Below are positions 1-9,313 of a stretch of 64,000 nt of DNA, piece by piece. Position numbers and translations under genes: made by a program. Positions within the stretch are counted from its first letter, which is position 1. Each line of letters begins with the position of its first letter. The notes under the pieces are model-generated. The model saw nothing but the letters and a program-made list of their open reading frames with translations, did not search any database and had not been told where the DNA came from. The DNA lies in the sequence record NC_048047.1; one strand, 5' to 3'.

Positions 1-79
1 CGTTCGATCTCTACAGTGAAGATTGGGCCGAGTGGCGCGACGGCTGGCGCGATGCAATCCGAGACAGGAAGCCGTACTC

Positions 80-403
80 ATGAGCGACGAAGCCGAAACC
101 AAGCGCTTTGCTGAGTACGGCTTCTATGACGCTCTCCGCTACAAGGCGCCGTCCATGGACCATCCGGCTTACCGCGCCGAGTACGAGCGCATGGCCGAGC
201 AAAAGATCGACAACCTCGATCCCTGCAAGTTTTGCGGCGCGAAGATGGCAATCCACGAGCCCAATGGCGCGACCTGGACAGGCATCATGTGCGAGAACCC
301 GCGCTGCGATGGCGATGTGAAGATGGGGTTCACAGACCCCGACAAGCACAGGCGCTGGGTGATCCTAGCGGGCGCCTGGAACAATCGGGACATGATCGGA
401 TAG
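80..403 (+). CDS. Lar-like (restriction alleviation) Zn-finger protein
   Basis: LDPCKFCG...CENPRC...AWNNR pattern as in the Lar family. Confidence 0.55.
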   Translation: MSDEAETKRFAEYGFYDALRYKAPSMDHPAYRAEYERMAEQKIDNLDPCKFCGAKMAIHEPNGATWTGIMCENPRCDGDVKMGFTDPDKHRRWVILAGAWNNRDMIG

Positions 404-414
404 GGAGACACGTC

Positions 415-588
415 GTGAGCACTGAAGACCTGGGCCGGCCGCTCTATGAACGTGAGATGCGCAAGGCGGCCGGCGAGCGGAGCGAGAAGGACCGGCGCGG
501 CGTTTCCCTGCCCGAAGCCTTGGTCTATGCCCTGGCGGTCGCAGCCATGCTGATCCTGGCCTGGATCGCCTGGGGACCCCGCGCGTAA
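415..588 (+). CDS. small protein with C-terminal TM helix
   Basis: GTG after GGGAGA; ALVYALAVAAMLILAWIAW. Confidence 0.6.
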   Translation: MSTEDLGRPLYEREMRKAAGERSEKDRRGVSLPEALVYALAVAAMLILAWIAWGPRA

Positions 589-656
589 GAACCCGGTTGA
601 CAGGCCGCGTCACGAGGCCTATCACGGTGTCAACTGCAATGGCACGGAGACCTCTC

Positions 657-938
657 GTGAAGATGGTCATCAAGAAAGAGACCGGCATCCACTTCCACTG
701 GTTCGCCGTGTTGGTGATCGCCGCGCTTCTCTGCGGCGCCGGCTATGTCATCGGCGTGCAGGTCACGCCCCAGCAAGTCACTCGTCCCGTTCTTCCGCCG
801 GCCCAGCCGCTGAAGATCACGGTGCTGAAGGACGGCACCCTGATCGAGGACCCTCGCACCGGTTGCGCCTGGATCGAACGCGGCTGGATGGGCACCTCCA
901 CCCTGCGCGGCGCTGACTGCGAAAAGGTGGTCCGTTGA
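657..938 (+). CDS. single-TM protein with DPxxGCAW motif
   Basis: GGAGA RBS, TM helix, LIEDPRTGCAW. Confidence 0.65.
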   Translation: MKMVIKKETGIHFHWFAVLVIAALLCGAGYVIGVQVTPQQVTRPVLPPAQPLKITVLKDGTLIEDPRTGCAWIERGWMGTSTLRGADCEKVVR

Positions 939-1033
939 GCCCCCTCGATCTCCTCGTCCTGATCGTCTTTGGTATTTTTTGCGTCTGGATGGAAATCCCC
1001 GACGACGCTGAGACCGAGAAGGAAGTCCGTTGA
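935..1033 (+). CDS. 32-aa membrane peptide
   Basis: TTG overlaps upstream stop, its TGA overlaps the next start; hydrophobic LLVLIVFGIFCVW. Confidence 0.5.
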   Translation: MSPLDLLVLIVFGIFCVWMEIPDDAETEKEVR

Positions 1034-1413
1034 ACATCATCGGCTACATCGTCCTCGCCGTGGCTATCGCCAGCGTGATCATCTGGTGGGTGAAGACCAC
1101 CAGCGACTACGAGGCCAAGTTCAAGATCGCCGTCGACGCCAAGGGCGTGCCGGAAGTCTACTCGCTGGCGTTCTTCATCAAGAACATGCGCCAGGAGTTC
1201 GTCACCGATCTGACGAATCCCGAGGAAAGCCGGATCAGCAACCCGACCGCCTATCAGGCGCGCCTGGGCCAAGCCGCCTCGGCCCTCACTCTGTCGGCCG
1301 GCGCCGTCGATCGCGCCATCCGCGCTGACAACGGCGAGGTCCTGGCCGCTGCCCTGCTGCTGGCCGAAAGCCTCAAGGCCGTCGCCGAGGTCAAGAAGCA
1401 CACCAATCCGTGA
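1030..1413 (+). CDS. N-terminal TM hypothetical protein
   Basis: coupled ORF, IIGYIVLAVAIASVIIWW. Confidence 0.7.
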   Translation: MNIIGYIVLAVAIASVIIWWVKTTSDYEAKFKIAVDAKGVPEVYSLAFFIKNMRQEFVTDLTNPEESRISNPTAYQARLGQAASALTLSAGAVDRAIRADNGEVLAAALLLAESLKAVAEVKKHTNP

Positions 1414-1688
1414 CAAGCTGCGCCTGCTCCGAGAAGAAGCGACCGCTGCCGACGGCACTGCCGGAGGGCTCAAACGAGCGCCCCCGGCAATGGTTCGTCC
1501 TGCGGCGCAACGAGAGCGCCAGCGCCTTCAACGGCTACCGCCGGCAGTGGTCGGACAAGTCCTATGTGCAGTGTCGCGTCTGTGGCCGCGCCTGGGACAC
1601 CAAGGCTGCCTACGTGGCCGACCTGCCCAACTGCGAATACTTCCCCGAGCGGGTCGCTCCCGCTGTCGAACCCTGGACCGACCAATGA
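1410..1688 (+). CDS. hypothetical Zn-ribbon protein
   Basis: CACS and CRVCG motifs, coupled. Confidence 0.65.
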   Translation: MTSCACSEKKRPLPTALPEGSNERPRQWFVLRRNESASAFNGYRRQWSDKSYVQCRVCGRAWDTKAAYVADLPNCEYFPERVAPAVEPWTDQ

Positions 1689-2092
1689 TCACGCTGCCCG
1701 AGCCCCTCAAGCCCTGTCCGTTCTGCGGCGGTCCCTTCGCGATCAGCCAGGAACCTCACGACAATCATCCAATTGCGGGGATGTACTACATCTACCATAC
1801 CGAGCGCACGACGCCGCAGCGGCAGCACTGCCGGATCACCGTCGACAACCACTTCCACTCGGTCGAGGAGGCTGTGACGTTCTGGAACGGCCGCCACGTC
1901 TCGGCCGAGCAGATCATCCTGCCCAAGATCAAGGTCGCCGAGCTTTGCTACAGCATGGGCTGGACCGCCGGCTATGGGCAGGCCCTGGTCGAGAAGGGCC
2001 TGTGCTTGTCCGACGCCTGGGACCTTGACAAGCCCGAAGCCATCGCTCGCCTCCAGGCCGGAGGCGAAGACCCTGGAGAGGAGACGCCATGA
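1685..2092 (+). CDS. Lar-like (restriction alleviation) protein
   Basis: LKPCPFCGG...HCRI...SVEEAVTFWNGR. Confidence 0.65.
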   Translation: MITLPEPLKPCPFCGGPFAISQEPHDNHPIAGMYYIYHTERTTPQRQHCRITVDNHFHSVEEAVTFWNGRHVSAEQIILPKIKVAELCYSMGWTAGYGQALVEKGLCLSDAWDLDKPEAIARLQAGGEDPGEETP

Positions 2093-2295
2093 CCGCTGCT
2101 GAACAGATCGCCGAAGCCGGCAAGCGCTACCTCTACTTCAAGAACTGGCGCACCAAGGAAGTCGCGGACAATCCGATCGACGTCACCAACCGCTCCGATC
2201 GCGAGATCGAGAAGATCAAGGCCGGCATGGCCATCAACATCGGCGGTGACTGGTATATCGGCGACACGCTGTATGACCGCGAGGACGTGGCGTGA
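2089..2295 (+). CDS. hypothetical protein
   Basis: ATGA overlap, GGAGA RBS. Confidence 0.7.
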   Translation: MTAAEQIAEAGKRYLYFKNWRTKEVADNPIDVTNRSDREIEKIKAGMAINIGGDWYIGDTLYDREDVA

Positions 2296-2636
2296 AGAAG
2301 CCGACCAAGGCTCAACTACGTATCTTTTCGCGCGCCTATCAGCACCCGCTGAAGCTCGCTGAACCGCATTGGTCCTGGCAGGGCCTCAAGCGCGCCAACT
2401 GGCACGCCACCATGAGCCGACTGGTCGCCCAGGGCTGGTTCAGAACCTATCCTCACGGAGGCGGCTACGAACTCACCGAACTGGGCATTGAGGTGTCGGG
2501 CGTAGGCCAGCCGGCGTTCCTGATCGTCAAAGGCCAGGAGGCGGATATCGAGCATATGCACCGGTCGCTCCAGGAACACATGAAAGACACCTACATCATC
2601 CCGCGAGACGAGGAGGACACCGATGGAACTGCATGA
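2292..2636 (+). CDS. hypothetical protein, possible winged helix
   Basis: TMSRLVAQGWF...GYELTELG. Confidence 0.6.
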   Translation: MKKPTKAQLRIFSRAYQHPLKLAEPHWSWQGLKRANWHATMSRLVAQGWFRTYPHGGGYELTELGIEVSGVGQPAFLIVKGQEADIEHMHRSLQEHMKDTYIIPRDEEDTDGTA

Positions 2637-3057
2637 ACTGCGCGAAGAGGTCGAGAGTGGCCGGCGCATGCTTTCGAGCGAAGCAGTCGACCACCTGCGT
2701 GAGATCGGCGAGCCCTATGTCAAGCTCCAGAAGGAACTGGCCCAGGTCGGCGGCCCCTATCTGTCGACCGGCTACGAGTTCCCCATGGACGTTCAAGGCT
2801 ACGAAGAGTCGCACCACAAGGGTGAGGCGACGGTCTATGTCTGGGGGTCCTGGACGCGGCGCGGCTGCACCGACAAGGAGTCGTGCCATCTGCCCTCGGC
2901 CTACGTCTACGGCACGCTGTCGGAGCAAGCCAACATCCTGTCGGGCATCCGTCAGCAGATCGCCAACCTCCAGGGCGCCAAGGCCGCTGCCGCCGAGAAG
3001 GCCCAGCATGCCGAGTACCTGCGCCTGAAGCAAATCTACGAGCCCGGTAACGGTTGA
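2623..3057 (+). CDS. hypothetical protein
   Basis: GAGGAGG RBS, coupled ORF. Confidence 0.7.
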   Translation: MELHELREEVESGRRMLSSEAVDHLREIGEPYVKLQKELAQVGGPYLSTGYEFPMDVQGYEESHHKGEATVYVWGSWTRRGCTDKESCHLPSAYVYGTLSEQANILSGIRQQIANLQGAKAAAAEKAQHAEYLRLKQIYEPGNG

Positions 3058-3066
3058 GGCAGGAGC

Positions 3067-3348
3067 ATGATTGAGACCAGACGCCAGAAGGCCATCGCCG
3101 AGCGCGAGGAGGCCGTCGCCCTCCTGACGGTGCTGAAGGAGGCCTGCGAGGACTCCACCATCAGTCTCTCTTCGCTGCGCGCCGAGATCAGCGCCATCAC
3201 CCATCGGGCGACCAAGGCCCTGATGGAGGCGCCGCTGCCGCCCTACGACATGTACGACATGGGCGACATCTGGCGGATCGTCAACAAGGTCGCCGACGAA
3301 GGCCCGCGCCTTGCGGCCTTCGAAATCGTCAAGCGGATGCGCCGCTGA
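3067..3348 (+). CDS. hypothetical protein
   Basis: AGGAG RBS. Confidence 0.7.
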   Translation: MIETRRQKAIAEREEAVALLTVLKEACEDSTISLSSLRAEISAITHRATKALMEAPLPPYDMYDMGDIWRIVNKVADEGPRLAAFEIVKRMRR

Positions 3349-3638
3349 TGAACATCTACAAGGAAAACCGCAGCATGGGCACGCTCGAACGGATCAGCCT
3401 CTACGTCGCCATGCCCTTGGCGATCTTCGCCCTGGTCATCAGCATCGTGGCCATCAACAGCAAGGCAGAGCCGGTCGATCGACCGTCGTTGACGCCCAAG
3501 CTGCGGGTCGAGCGCTTGGACGGTGACGGCCGTAAGCAACTGATCCAAGACCCGCAGTCGGGCTGCGCCTGGGTCTCGTCGGTCGAGAACGTCTACAAGC
3601 TGCGTGGCGGCCCGGAGTGCGAGGTCAAGCGCCTCTAG
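3348..3638 (+). CDS. single-TM protein with DPxxGCAW motif (paralog of 657..938)
   Basis: TM helix then LIQDPQSGCAW. Confidence 0.7.
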   Translation: MNIYKENRSMGTLERISLYVAMPLAIFALVISIVAINSKAEPVDRPSLTPKLRVERLDGDGRKQLIQDPQSGCAWVSSVENVYKLRGGPECEVKRL

Positions 3639-3657
3639 CCACTCCACAAGAAAGCGG

Positions 3658-3686
3658 TTGACAATCTGATCCAAGCCTCGCTAGAT
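3658..3686 (+). promoter_or_regulatory. sigma70-type promoter
   Basis: TTGACA-N16-GCTAGAT resembles Caulobacter RpoD consensus; intergenic. Confidence 0.7.
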
Positions 3687-3712
3687 GGGGCCTCGAACCA
3701 AGGAGGTCCCTG

Positions 3713-4138
3713 TTGTCCGACCAAAAACTCCTGAGCCTGCTCAACGAGCTAGAGTGCCTGGAGACCCCGTCGACCGCGCTCGATCTGGAGCTTTGGGGCC
3801 TGCTGTGCGCCAAGCCTGAGTCGCCCGATCCCCGTAAGGTTGGCGTCAAGCCGCCGGCCTTCACGGGCAAGTTCGAGGACGCCTGCTGGCTGGCCTGCTA
3901 CCTGATCAAGCCCAAGGACGCCAGCCTCCGTGAGGCGGTGATCGAAGAGGCTGTCAGAAGCGCTACCCATCGGCTGGCCGAGGACGACTCAAAGTGTCAG
4001 GGCAAGTTCTTCCTGGAGCGTGCCGCCGTCCATGTCTGCGAGAACACCATCAAGGCGGTCCTCGACCCGGACGCCTTCCGCGCCTTCGCCTATCGCCGCA
4101 ACCGCGATCGCGCACACGCTGAACTGATGGTCGACTGA
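3713..4138 (+). CDS. hypothetical protein
   Basis: AAGGAGG RBS. Confidence 0.7.
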   Translation: MSDQKLLSLLNELECLETPSTALDLELWGLLCAKPESPDPRKVGVKPPAFTGKFEDACWLACYLIKPKDASLREAVIEEAVRSATHRLAEDDSKCQGKFFLERAAVHVCENTIKAVLDPDAFRAFAYRRNRDRAHAELMVD

Positions 4139-4368
4139 TGAAGCGACCCACCACCTACACCAGCAGCGCCTCCACCAAGGAGGACCTGCGCCTGGAGAGC
4201 GTCGATCTCGTCGAGCAGGTCCTGAACAACCTCCAGGAACACCGCGCCTCCGAGGTTCGCACCAAGAACCGCAAGGGCCGGCTGCGTGAGATCGATTACG
4301 CAACCACCATCATCGAAGGCCAAATCCTGAAGGTCTTCCAGAACCTTGGCTTCGAGGACAGCAAATGA
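4138..4368 (+). CDS. hypothetical protein
   Basis: TGATG coupling. Confidence 0.65.
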   Translation: MKRPTTYTSSASTKEDLRLESVDLVEQVLNNLQEHRASEVRTKNRKGRLREIDYATTIIEGQILKVFQNLGFEDSK

Positions 4369-4820
4369 GCGACTCCGCCATCGTCGAGATCGACGCGCTT
4401 CTCGACGCCCTCAATCATCCGATCCCCCTGGGCGACCGTCTGCTCTACAACGCCCGCATCGCCATAGCCATCGCACCGCACCGGCAGTGGACCTCGGGCG
4501 TCGTCGAGCAGAAGATCGCCAGGACCAATCCACGCAAGATCGTCACGACCTATCGCCAGACCGACGGTTCGCTGAGCTACGGCACCGCCTGGGCGCCGGA
4601 ATGGATCGAGGACGGCGACAAGGCCTTGGCCTTCATCCGCCAGTCGTTCCCGCATGCGCGCCTGACGATCCACACGCCCTGCGACCTGGACGAGCCGGTC
4701 GTCACCGCCGAGGCCGATATCGGCCACGCGCGCATGTCGACCTTCGGTCCCACCCTGGCCCAGGCCGTGACCGGCGCGGCGCTGATGCTCATCCGCAATC
4801 GCTTGACGGATCGCACATGA
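4365..4820 (+). CDS. hypothetical protein
   Basis: ATGA coupling. Confidence 0.7.
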   Translation: MSDSAIVEIDALLDALNHPIPLGDRLLYNARIAIAIAPHRQWTSGVVEQKIARTNPRKIVTTYRQTDGSLSYGTAWAPEWIEDGDKALAFIRQSFPHARLTIHTPCDLDEPVVTAEADIGHARMSTFGPTLAQAVTGAALMLIRNRLTDRT

Positions 4821-5209
4821 CCCCAACAGAACAGGTGCTCAAGAACGCCCGCCACATCTTCCAGGCCGAGCGGCACGTCTATGCGGTCGGCGATGAGTGC
4901 TGGCGCGCGGATCACGACCGCATCGAGCGCGGTGAGGTCGTGCGCCTCCTGCCCTGCGACTACGACAGCCAGGGCAACATCATTCGCCGGGGCGTGGAAG
5001 GCGGCCCCTACACCCTGACGATCGCCAAGTTCCCTTCGGGGCATCAGGAGCAGACCTACGGGTGGAAGTTCTTTCCGACCAAGGAACTGGCGGTCTACGA
5101 ACTCCAGCAGGTCATCGAGCGGCGGATCAACGACACTAAGCGCGATCTCCAGAAGCTGGAGGACCTGCGAGCCGCCGTCCTGGCCCACGACGTGAAGGTT
5201 CGCGAATGA
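4817..5209 (+). CDS. hypothetical protein
   Basis: ATGA coupling. Confidence 0.7.
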   Translation: MTPTEQVLKNARHIFQAERHVYAVGDECWRADHDRIERGEVVRLLPCDYDSQGNIIRRGVEGGPYTLTIAKFPSGHQEQTYGWKFFPTKELAVYELQQVIERRINDTKRDLQKLEDLRAAVLAHDVKVRE

Positions 5210-5601
5210 CGTGTGAGCATCATCAAGGCCCTTGGAAGTGCTTCCACTGCGGCTATGTCGCCGAAACCATCCGTGATGGCCTGGACCATTTCGGCTACGA
5301 CGAGACCGAGGCGCCGGCGTGCCTCCAGGTCCTGACCGAGACCGAGAAGGCCATCGTCGAGGACCGGCGTTTCTGGCGCCACCGCGCGCTTACCGCCGAA
5401 GATCAACTGGAGCAGGCCGAGCATCAATTGCACATGGCCCGCTACGACATCCACCACCACTTCCGGGTTCATACCCTGGCCGAGGCCGGCAGCGCCTTCG
5501 ACAGCCTTCAGGGCGAGGTCCTGGCACTGAAAGAGCGCGTCAAGTGGGTGCCAGCCTGGATCAGGCGCATCTTCCTGCCCAAGGGGCATTACGATGTGTA
5601 G
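5206..5601 (+). CDS. Zn-finger plus coiled-coil hypothetical protein
   Basis: WKCFHCG...HFG motif. Confidence 0.7.
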   Translation: MTCEHHQGPWKCFHCGYVAETIRDGLDHFGYDETEAPACLQVLTETEKAIVEDRRFWRHRALTAEDQLEQAEHQLHMARYDIHHHFRVHTLAEAGSAFDSLQGEVLALKERVKWVPAWIRRIFLPKGHYDV

Positions 5602-5887
5602 CCGGGGCTATGTGTTCCAGCCGGCGATCTGGGAACGGGTGACCAACACCCGATGGGTGGGCCGCGCCGACGAGCATTACCGGCACATCCCGCTAGCCCG
5701 CTGCTTTGGCGGCTACATGCCGGGGCATGTCGAAGCCAAGGACATGTCGACCTCGATCGGTAACCGCTACCGCATCATGGATCGGCGTACAGGGGAACTC
5801 AGTCCCAATCGCCTGCCGCTCCATCGCGTCTTTGGCGGCTATGCACCGGCCGTGGTTCGCAGCGGCCCCAAGCCCTGGGAAAAGTGA
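5594..5887 (+). CDS. hypothetical protein
   Basis: overlapping ORF with internal repeat (RxFGGYxP twice). Confidence 0.55.
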   Translation: MCSRGYVFQPAIWERVTNTRWVGRADEHYRHIPLARCFGGYMPGHVEAKDMSTSIGNRYRIMDRRTGELSPNRLPLHRVFGGYAPAVVRSGPKPWEK

Positions 5888-5947
5888 TCCATGACGCGGT
5901 TGACGGCGCCGTGTCATCCTGAGATGATCCAAGCCTAGCCATAACGA

Positions 5948-6718
5948 GTGACCATGACCGACTTCGACGCCGCTGAGGCCAAGTTCAATAAGCTGATCAA
6001 GCGCCTCGCCATCAAGATCGGCCAGTCCCAGACGCCCGTGCCCGGCTTTGCCGTTGGGCTGTCGGGAACCGACTCGGCCCTGGCCTTCCTGGCGATCAAC
6101 GCCGCCATCAAAATCGCCTGGGCCGACTATGGCCTCAAGCCGCGTCTGATGGGCATCCACTACGTCACCCAGAACCGGCTCCGTCAGGGCACCTTCGAGA
6201 AGGTCGCCATCCCGTGGCTGCGTCGCGAGGTTCCTGAGGCGATCATCCAGGTGATCTCCCCTCCAGGCGGCAATCATGACCAATACCGCTGGGCGGACCT
6301 GCATGTGCGCGCCCTGAAGGCGATCGACCCGGCGAGCGGCGACCTCACGGCGCTGCCCGTCGAGGAGAGCTTCTGGGTCGCCGGCACGATCAACGCCACA
6401 GAGCATGCCCTGGGCAAGTACAGCGTCTTCGCCAACGCCGTCTCGATCCAGCCGATCCGCTCGATGTGGAAGTCGGAGATCATGGCCCTGGCCAAGCAAT
6501 GGATGCCCGAGGAGATCGTCGAAGCCGCGCGCATCCCTGACTGTCTCTGCGGGCGGGACGAGGCGGCGGCCGAGAACATCGAACTGCTCGATGCGGTCCT
6601 GCGCAACGACTATGATCCCTCGAAGGTCGACCGCAAGCTGCTCAAGACCATCATCGACTACATCCGCGTGACCAAGGCCGAGCACGGCTTTCGCGCGCGC
6701 ATCCCCTACGTGGTCTGA
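5948..6718 (+). CDS. NAD+ synthetase (NadE)-like N-type ATP pyrophosphatase
   Basis: VGLSGTDSALA, VAGTINATE..LGKY, QPIRSMWKSEI. Confidence 0.7.
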   Translation: MTMTDFDAAEAKFNKLIKRLAIKIGQSQTPVPGFAVGLSGTDSALAFLAINAAIKIAWADYGLKPRLMGIHYVTQNRLRQGTFEKVAIPWLRREVPEAIIQVISPPGGNHDQYRWADLHVRALKAIDPASGDLTALPVEESFWVAGTINATEHALGKYSVFANAVSIQPIRSMWKSEIMALAKQWMPEEIVEAARIPDCLCGRDEAAAENIELLDAVLRNDYDPSKVDRKLLKTIIDYIRVTKAEHGFRARIPYVV

Positions 6719-6720
6719 CC

Positions 6721-7047
6721 ATGCAAGACATCTTGGACATTGAGACCTCGGGCCTGGACTGGCCGATGACGCCGCGCAAGACGCTGACCATGAACGTGAT
6801 CGGCGCCGACAAGACCATTCGCACCCTGCAACTGGCCGGCAAGCGGCTGGAAGGCCTCCAGTCCTTCGTGCGGTCGGTCAAGGCCGAGCAGGAGCGCTCG
6901 CGCAAGCAGTTCGCCGCCCGTCGGCGACGCTACATCGAGACCGTCGGACACCGCGATCGCGGCGCGGGCGGACCGCTGCGCAAGGTCGCGCGCCTGACGC
7001 GGGAGGCCCACAAGCTGCGTCGCCAGTTCCGGGGCGCCCATGGCTGA
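6721..7047 (+). CDS. hypothetical basic protein
   Basis: ORF in operon. Confidence 0.65.
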   Translation: MQDILDIETSGLDWPMTPRKTLTMNVIGADKTIRTLQLAGKRLEGLQSFVRSVKAEQERSRKQFAARRRRYIETVGHRDRGAGGPLRKVARLTREAHKLRRQFRGAHG

Positions 7048-7336
7048 TCATCGCTTCAACGTCCTGACGCCCATCGTCCAGAAGGTTCGCGAGAAGACCG
7101 ACCTCAAGCCGGTGCGCAAGGAGCCGTGGTTCAAGCACGTCGAGCGCCTGGAGGCGTGGACGCGAGAGGAGACGCCATATGGTCCAGCCAGCGATCCGAT
7201 GAAACGCGGCTACTTCTCTGGCGACATTGATATCGCCGCCTATCTGGTTCGCCACTCGGATGTTGGTGGCAAACAACTTCGGGCTGACACATGGCGTCGG
7301 CTCCAATATCTGAGGAGCTATTTCCAGTGCAACTGA
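7040..7336 (+). CDS. hypothetical protein
   Basis: overlapping ORF in operon. Confidence 0.65.
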   Translation: MADHRFNVLTPIVQKVREKTDLKPVRKEPWFKHVERLEAWTREETPYGPASDPMKRGYFSGDIDIAAYLVRHSDVGGKQLRADTWRRLQYLRSYFQCN

Positions 7337-7764
7337 CCGTCACCACCGTCGAAAGCGTCGAGGCCTGGGGCGACACGCTGTCCCTTGTCAAGGTCAAGGG
7401 CATCGACAAGACCGTCGTCGCCAACCGCAAGGAAGACGGCTCGTTCCGCTGGACCGTCGGTGAGCCCGTGGTCTACGTGCCCGAAAACGCCGTCCTGCCC
7501 GAAGACGTCCTCAAGGCCCGAGGCTACTGGGACGAGAGCAAGAACAAGGGCCTGCTGGGCGCCTCCAAGGGTAACCGGGTCAAGAACCGTGTCTTCGGCC
7601 GCACCGAGGACAACCCCGGCGTGGAGTCCAGCGGCCTGCTGTTCAAGATCGTCGTCGAGCAGGGCTATGAGTGGTTCGTGATCGGTGGCGCGCTGGGCAA
7701 CAAGCGCGTCTTCGAGGGCGACGACGTCGCCGACTTCCTGGGCGTCACGGAGTATGTGGCATGA
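7327..7764 (+). CDS. stand-alone domain resembling the N-terminal OB-like module of DRB0094-type RNA ligases
   Basis: GAGGAG RBS; VESVE...DTLSLVKV...VGEPVVYVPENAVLPE. Confidence 0.6.
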   Translation: MQLTVTTVESVEAWGDTLSLVKVKGIDKTVVANRKEDGSFRWTVGEPVVYVPENAVLPEDVLKARGYWDESKNKGLLGASKGNRVKNRVFGRTEDNPGVESSGLLFKIVVEQGYEWFVIGGALGNKRVFEGDDVADFLGVTEYVA

Positions 7765-8204
7765 CCGAAGCTGCCGAACACGCCTTCCTTCACGCCAAGA
7801 TCAAGCACGCCATCCTCGACATCGATATCGTCGGCGGGCGTGTCGTGGGCCTAGACCCGATCGTCGACAACGTCATCAAGATCATGGAGGAAGAGGTCCT
7901 GATCAGCAACGACGCGCGACGCTACGACCTGCCGCCGACGATCATCCGGGCGCTGTCCAAGTGCGGCTTCGTGATCCTGGGCGTCTGCAAGGGCGAGCAC
8001 CCTTCCATTTACCGCATCGACTGCACGGGCCAGAAGACGGTGTCCCTGGTGTGGACCCGCTATCCGCAAGAGTCGTGGGCGGTTCTGGGCGCCAGCTTCC
8101 AGGTTGAGGAGGACGTGCTGTCCACCCTGGCCACCACGATCGCCAAGGACTGGGCCGACCACATGGCCCGCGTCAAGCTCGCCAACGACAAGGCCGCCGC
8201 ATGA
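7761..8204 (+). CDS. hypothetical protein
   Basis: ATGA coupling. Confidence 0.7.
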   Translation: MTEAAEHAFLHAKIKHAILDIDIVGGRVVGLDPIVDNVIKIMEEEVLISNDARRYDLPPTIIRALSKCGFVILGVCKGEHPSIYRIDCTGQKTVSLVWTRYPQESWAVLGASFQVEEDVLSTLATTIAKDWADHMARVKLANDKAAA

Positions 8205-8614
8205 GCCTCCTCGATCTCATCAGCCACAAGGACATCGAAAACGCCATCGTGGCCGCCCAGGGTTCCAGACAGCCCGTCCAGGCCGGCGCCAGGGCGATCG
8301 CGGACCTGATCCTCAAGGCCGAGAGCCGGCTGGATTTGGCCGAGCAATACGACATCCCCGTGGCCGTCCTAGACGCCTTCGCCAAGGCCGATCTGCCGAT
8401 CACCGAGATTGCGAGGGGCACGTCCTATAGGTTCATCTGGGAGATCAACGTCCGCGTGGTCTTCGGCGATGACTTCCGCGAGAGCGAGCCCTTGGTCTAT
8501 CTGGTCCAGGGCGCGCATGGCGGCTGGCTCCTGGCCAATGACCGGTATGACGTCCCCAACGACAAGCTTGAAGCGCTGTCCCAGGCGCTCGGAAAGATCA
8601 AGGACCATGGCTAA
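8201..8614 (+). CDS. hypothetical protein
   Basis: ATGA coupling. Confidence 0.7.
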   Translation: MSLLDLISHKDIENAIVAAQGSRQPVQAGARAIADLILKAESRLDLAEQYDIPVAVLDAFAKADLPITEIARGTSYRFIWEINVRVVFGDDFRESEPLVYLVQGAHGGWLLANDRYDVPNDKLEALSQALGKIKDHG

Positions 8615-8912
8615 GAAGTTCGATCCGACCCTAAAGGCCGTCCTGATCGGCGCGGCGATAGCCGTGGCGCCGTTCTTGGGGATGGCCTACTACGCCGGCG
8701 CGCAGGCTGCGGCCTTCACCCCCAGGACCGAGCCGGGCGGCTTTCGCTGGCGCGGCCTGACCGGGGCGGTCAAGCTGACCAAGGTCGCCGAACTGCCCAA
8801 CAACACCTGCACGATCTACCGGGTCGACACCGAAGGTCAACGCCTCTACGTCACCTCCAGCGGCGCCTATTCGTCGTGCTCGCTGACCAACGTGTCCTCG
8901 GACCAGGAGTAG
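8607..8912 (+). CDS. single-TM hypothetical protein
   Basis: AAGGA RBS; AVLIGAAIAVAPFLGMAYYAG. Confidence 0.7.
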   Translation: MAKKFDPTLKAVLIGAAIAVAPFLGMAYYAGAQAAAFTPRTEPGGFRWRGLTGAVKLTKVAELPNNTCTIYRVDTEGQRLYVTSSGAYSSCSLTNVSSDQE

Positions 8913-8914
8913 CC

Positions 8915-9313
8915 ATGCACGCCAAGATCACCGCCTATAAGGGCCTGCTCGTCATCGAGATGACGACCCTGGAATCGATCCAAGGCGAGGTCACCTGCTC
9001 GCTGGACACGCCCGGCACCTTCGGCCAAGTCATCAACGACACCGCCAAGCACCTGGGCATCTCCGTAGAGGGCGTGGCCCTCATGAAGGCCTTCAAGACC
9101 AACGGCAGCAGCCTGGGCGACATCGACTGGTTCGCCACCGGCGAGGGCAAGCACGCCTTCGGCTGGATCGGCGGGCCGTTCGCCCTCAAGGACCCGGCGA
9201 CCGACTCGGGCTCTCGCGACTATCGCGTGTTCGACGGCGCCTATGTCTCGATCCCCAACGATGTGCCCGAAGGCGCCCGCGAAGCCATCGACGCCCAGGC
9301 GGGTCAAGCCTGA
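8915..9313 (+). CDS. hypothetical protein
   Basis: AGGAG RBS. Confidence 0.7.
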   Translation: MHAKITAYKGLLVIEMTTLESIQGEVTCSLDTPGTFGQVINDTAKHLGISVEGVALMKAFKTNGSSLGDIDWFATGEGKHAFGWIGGPFALKDPATDSGSRDYRVFDGAYVSIPNDVPEGAREAIDAQAGQA

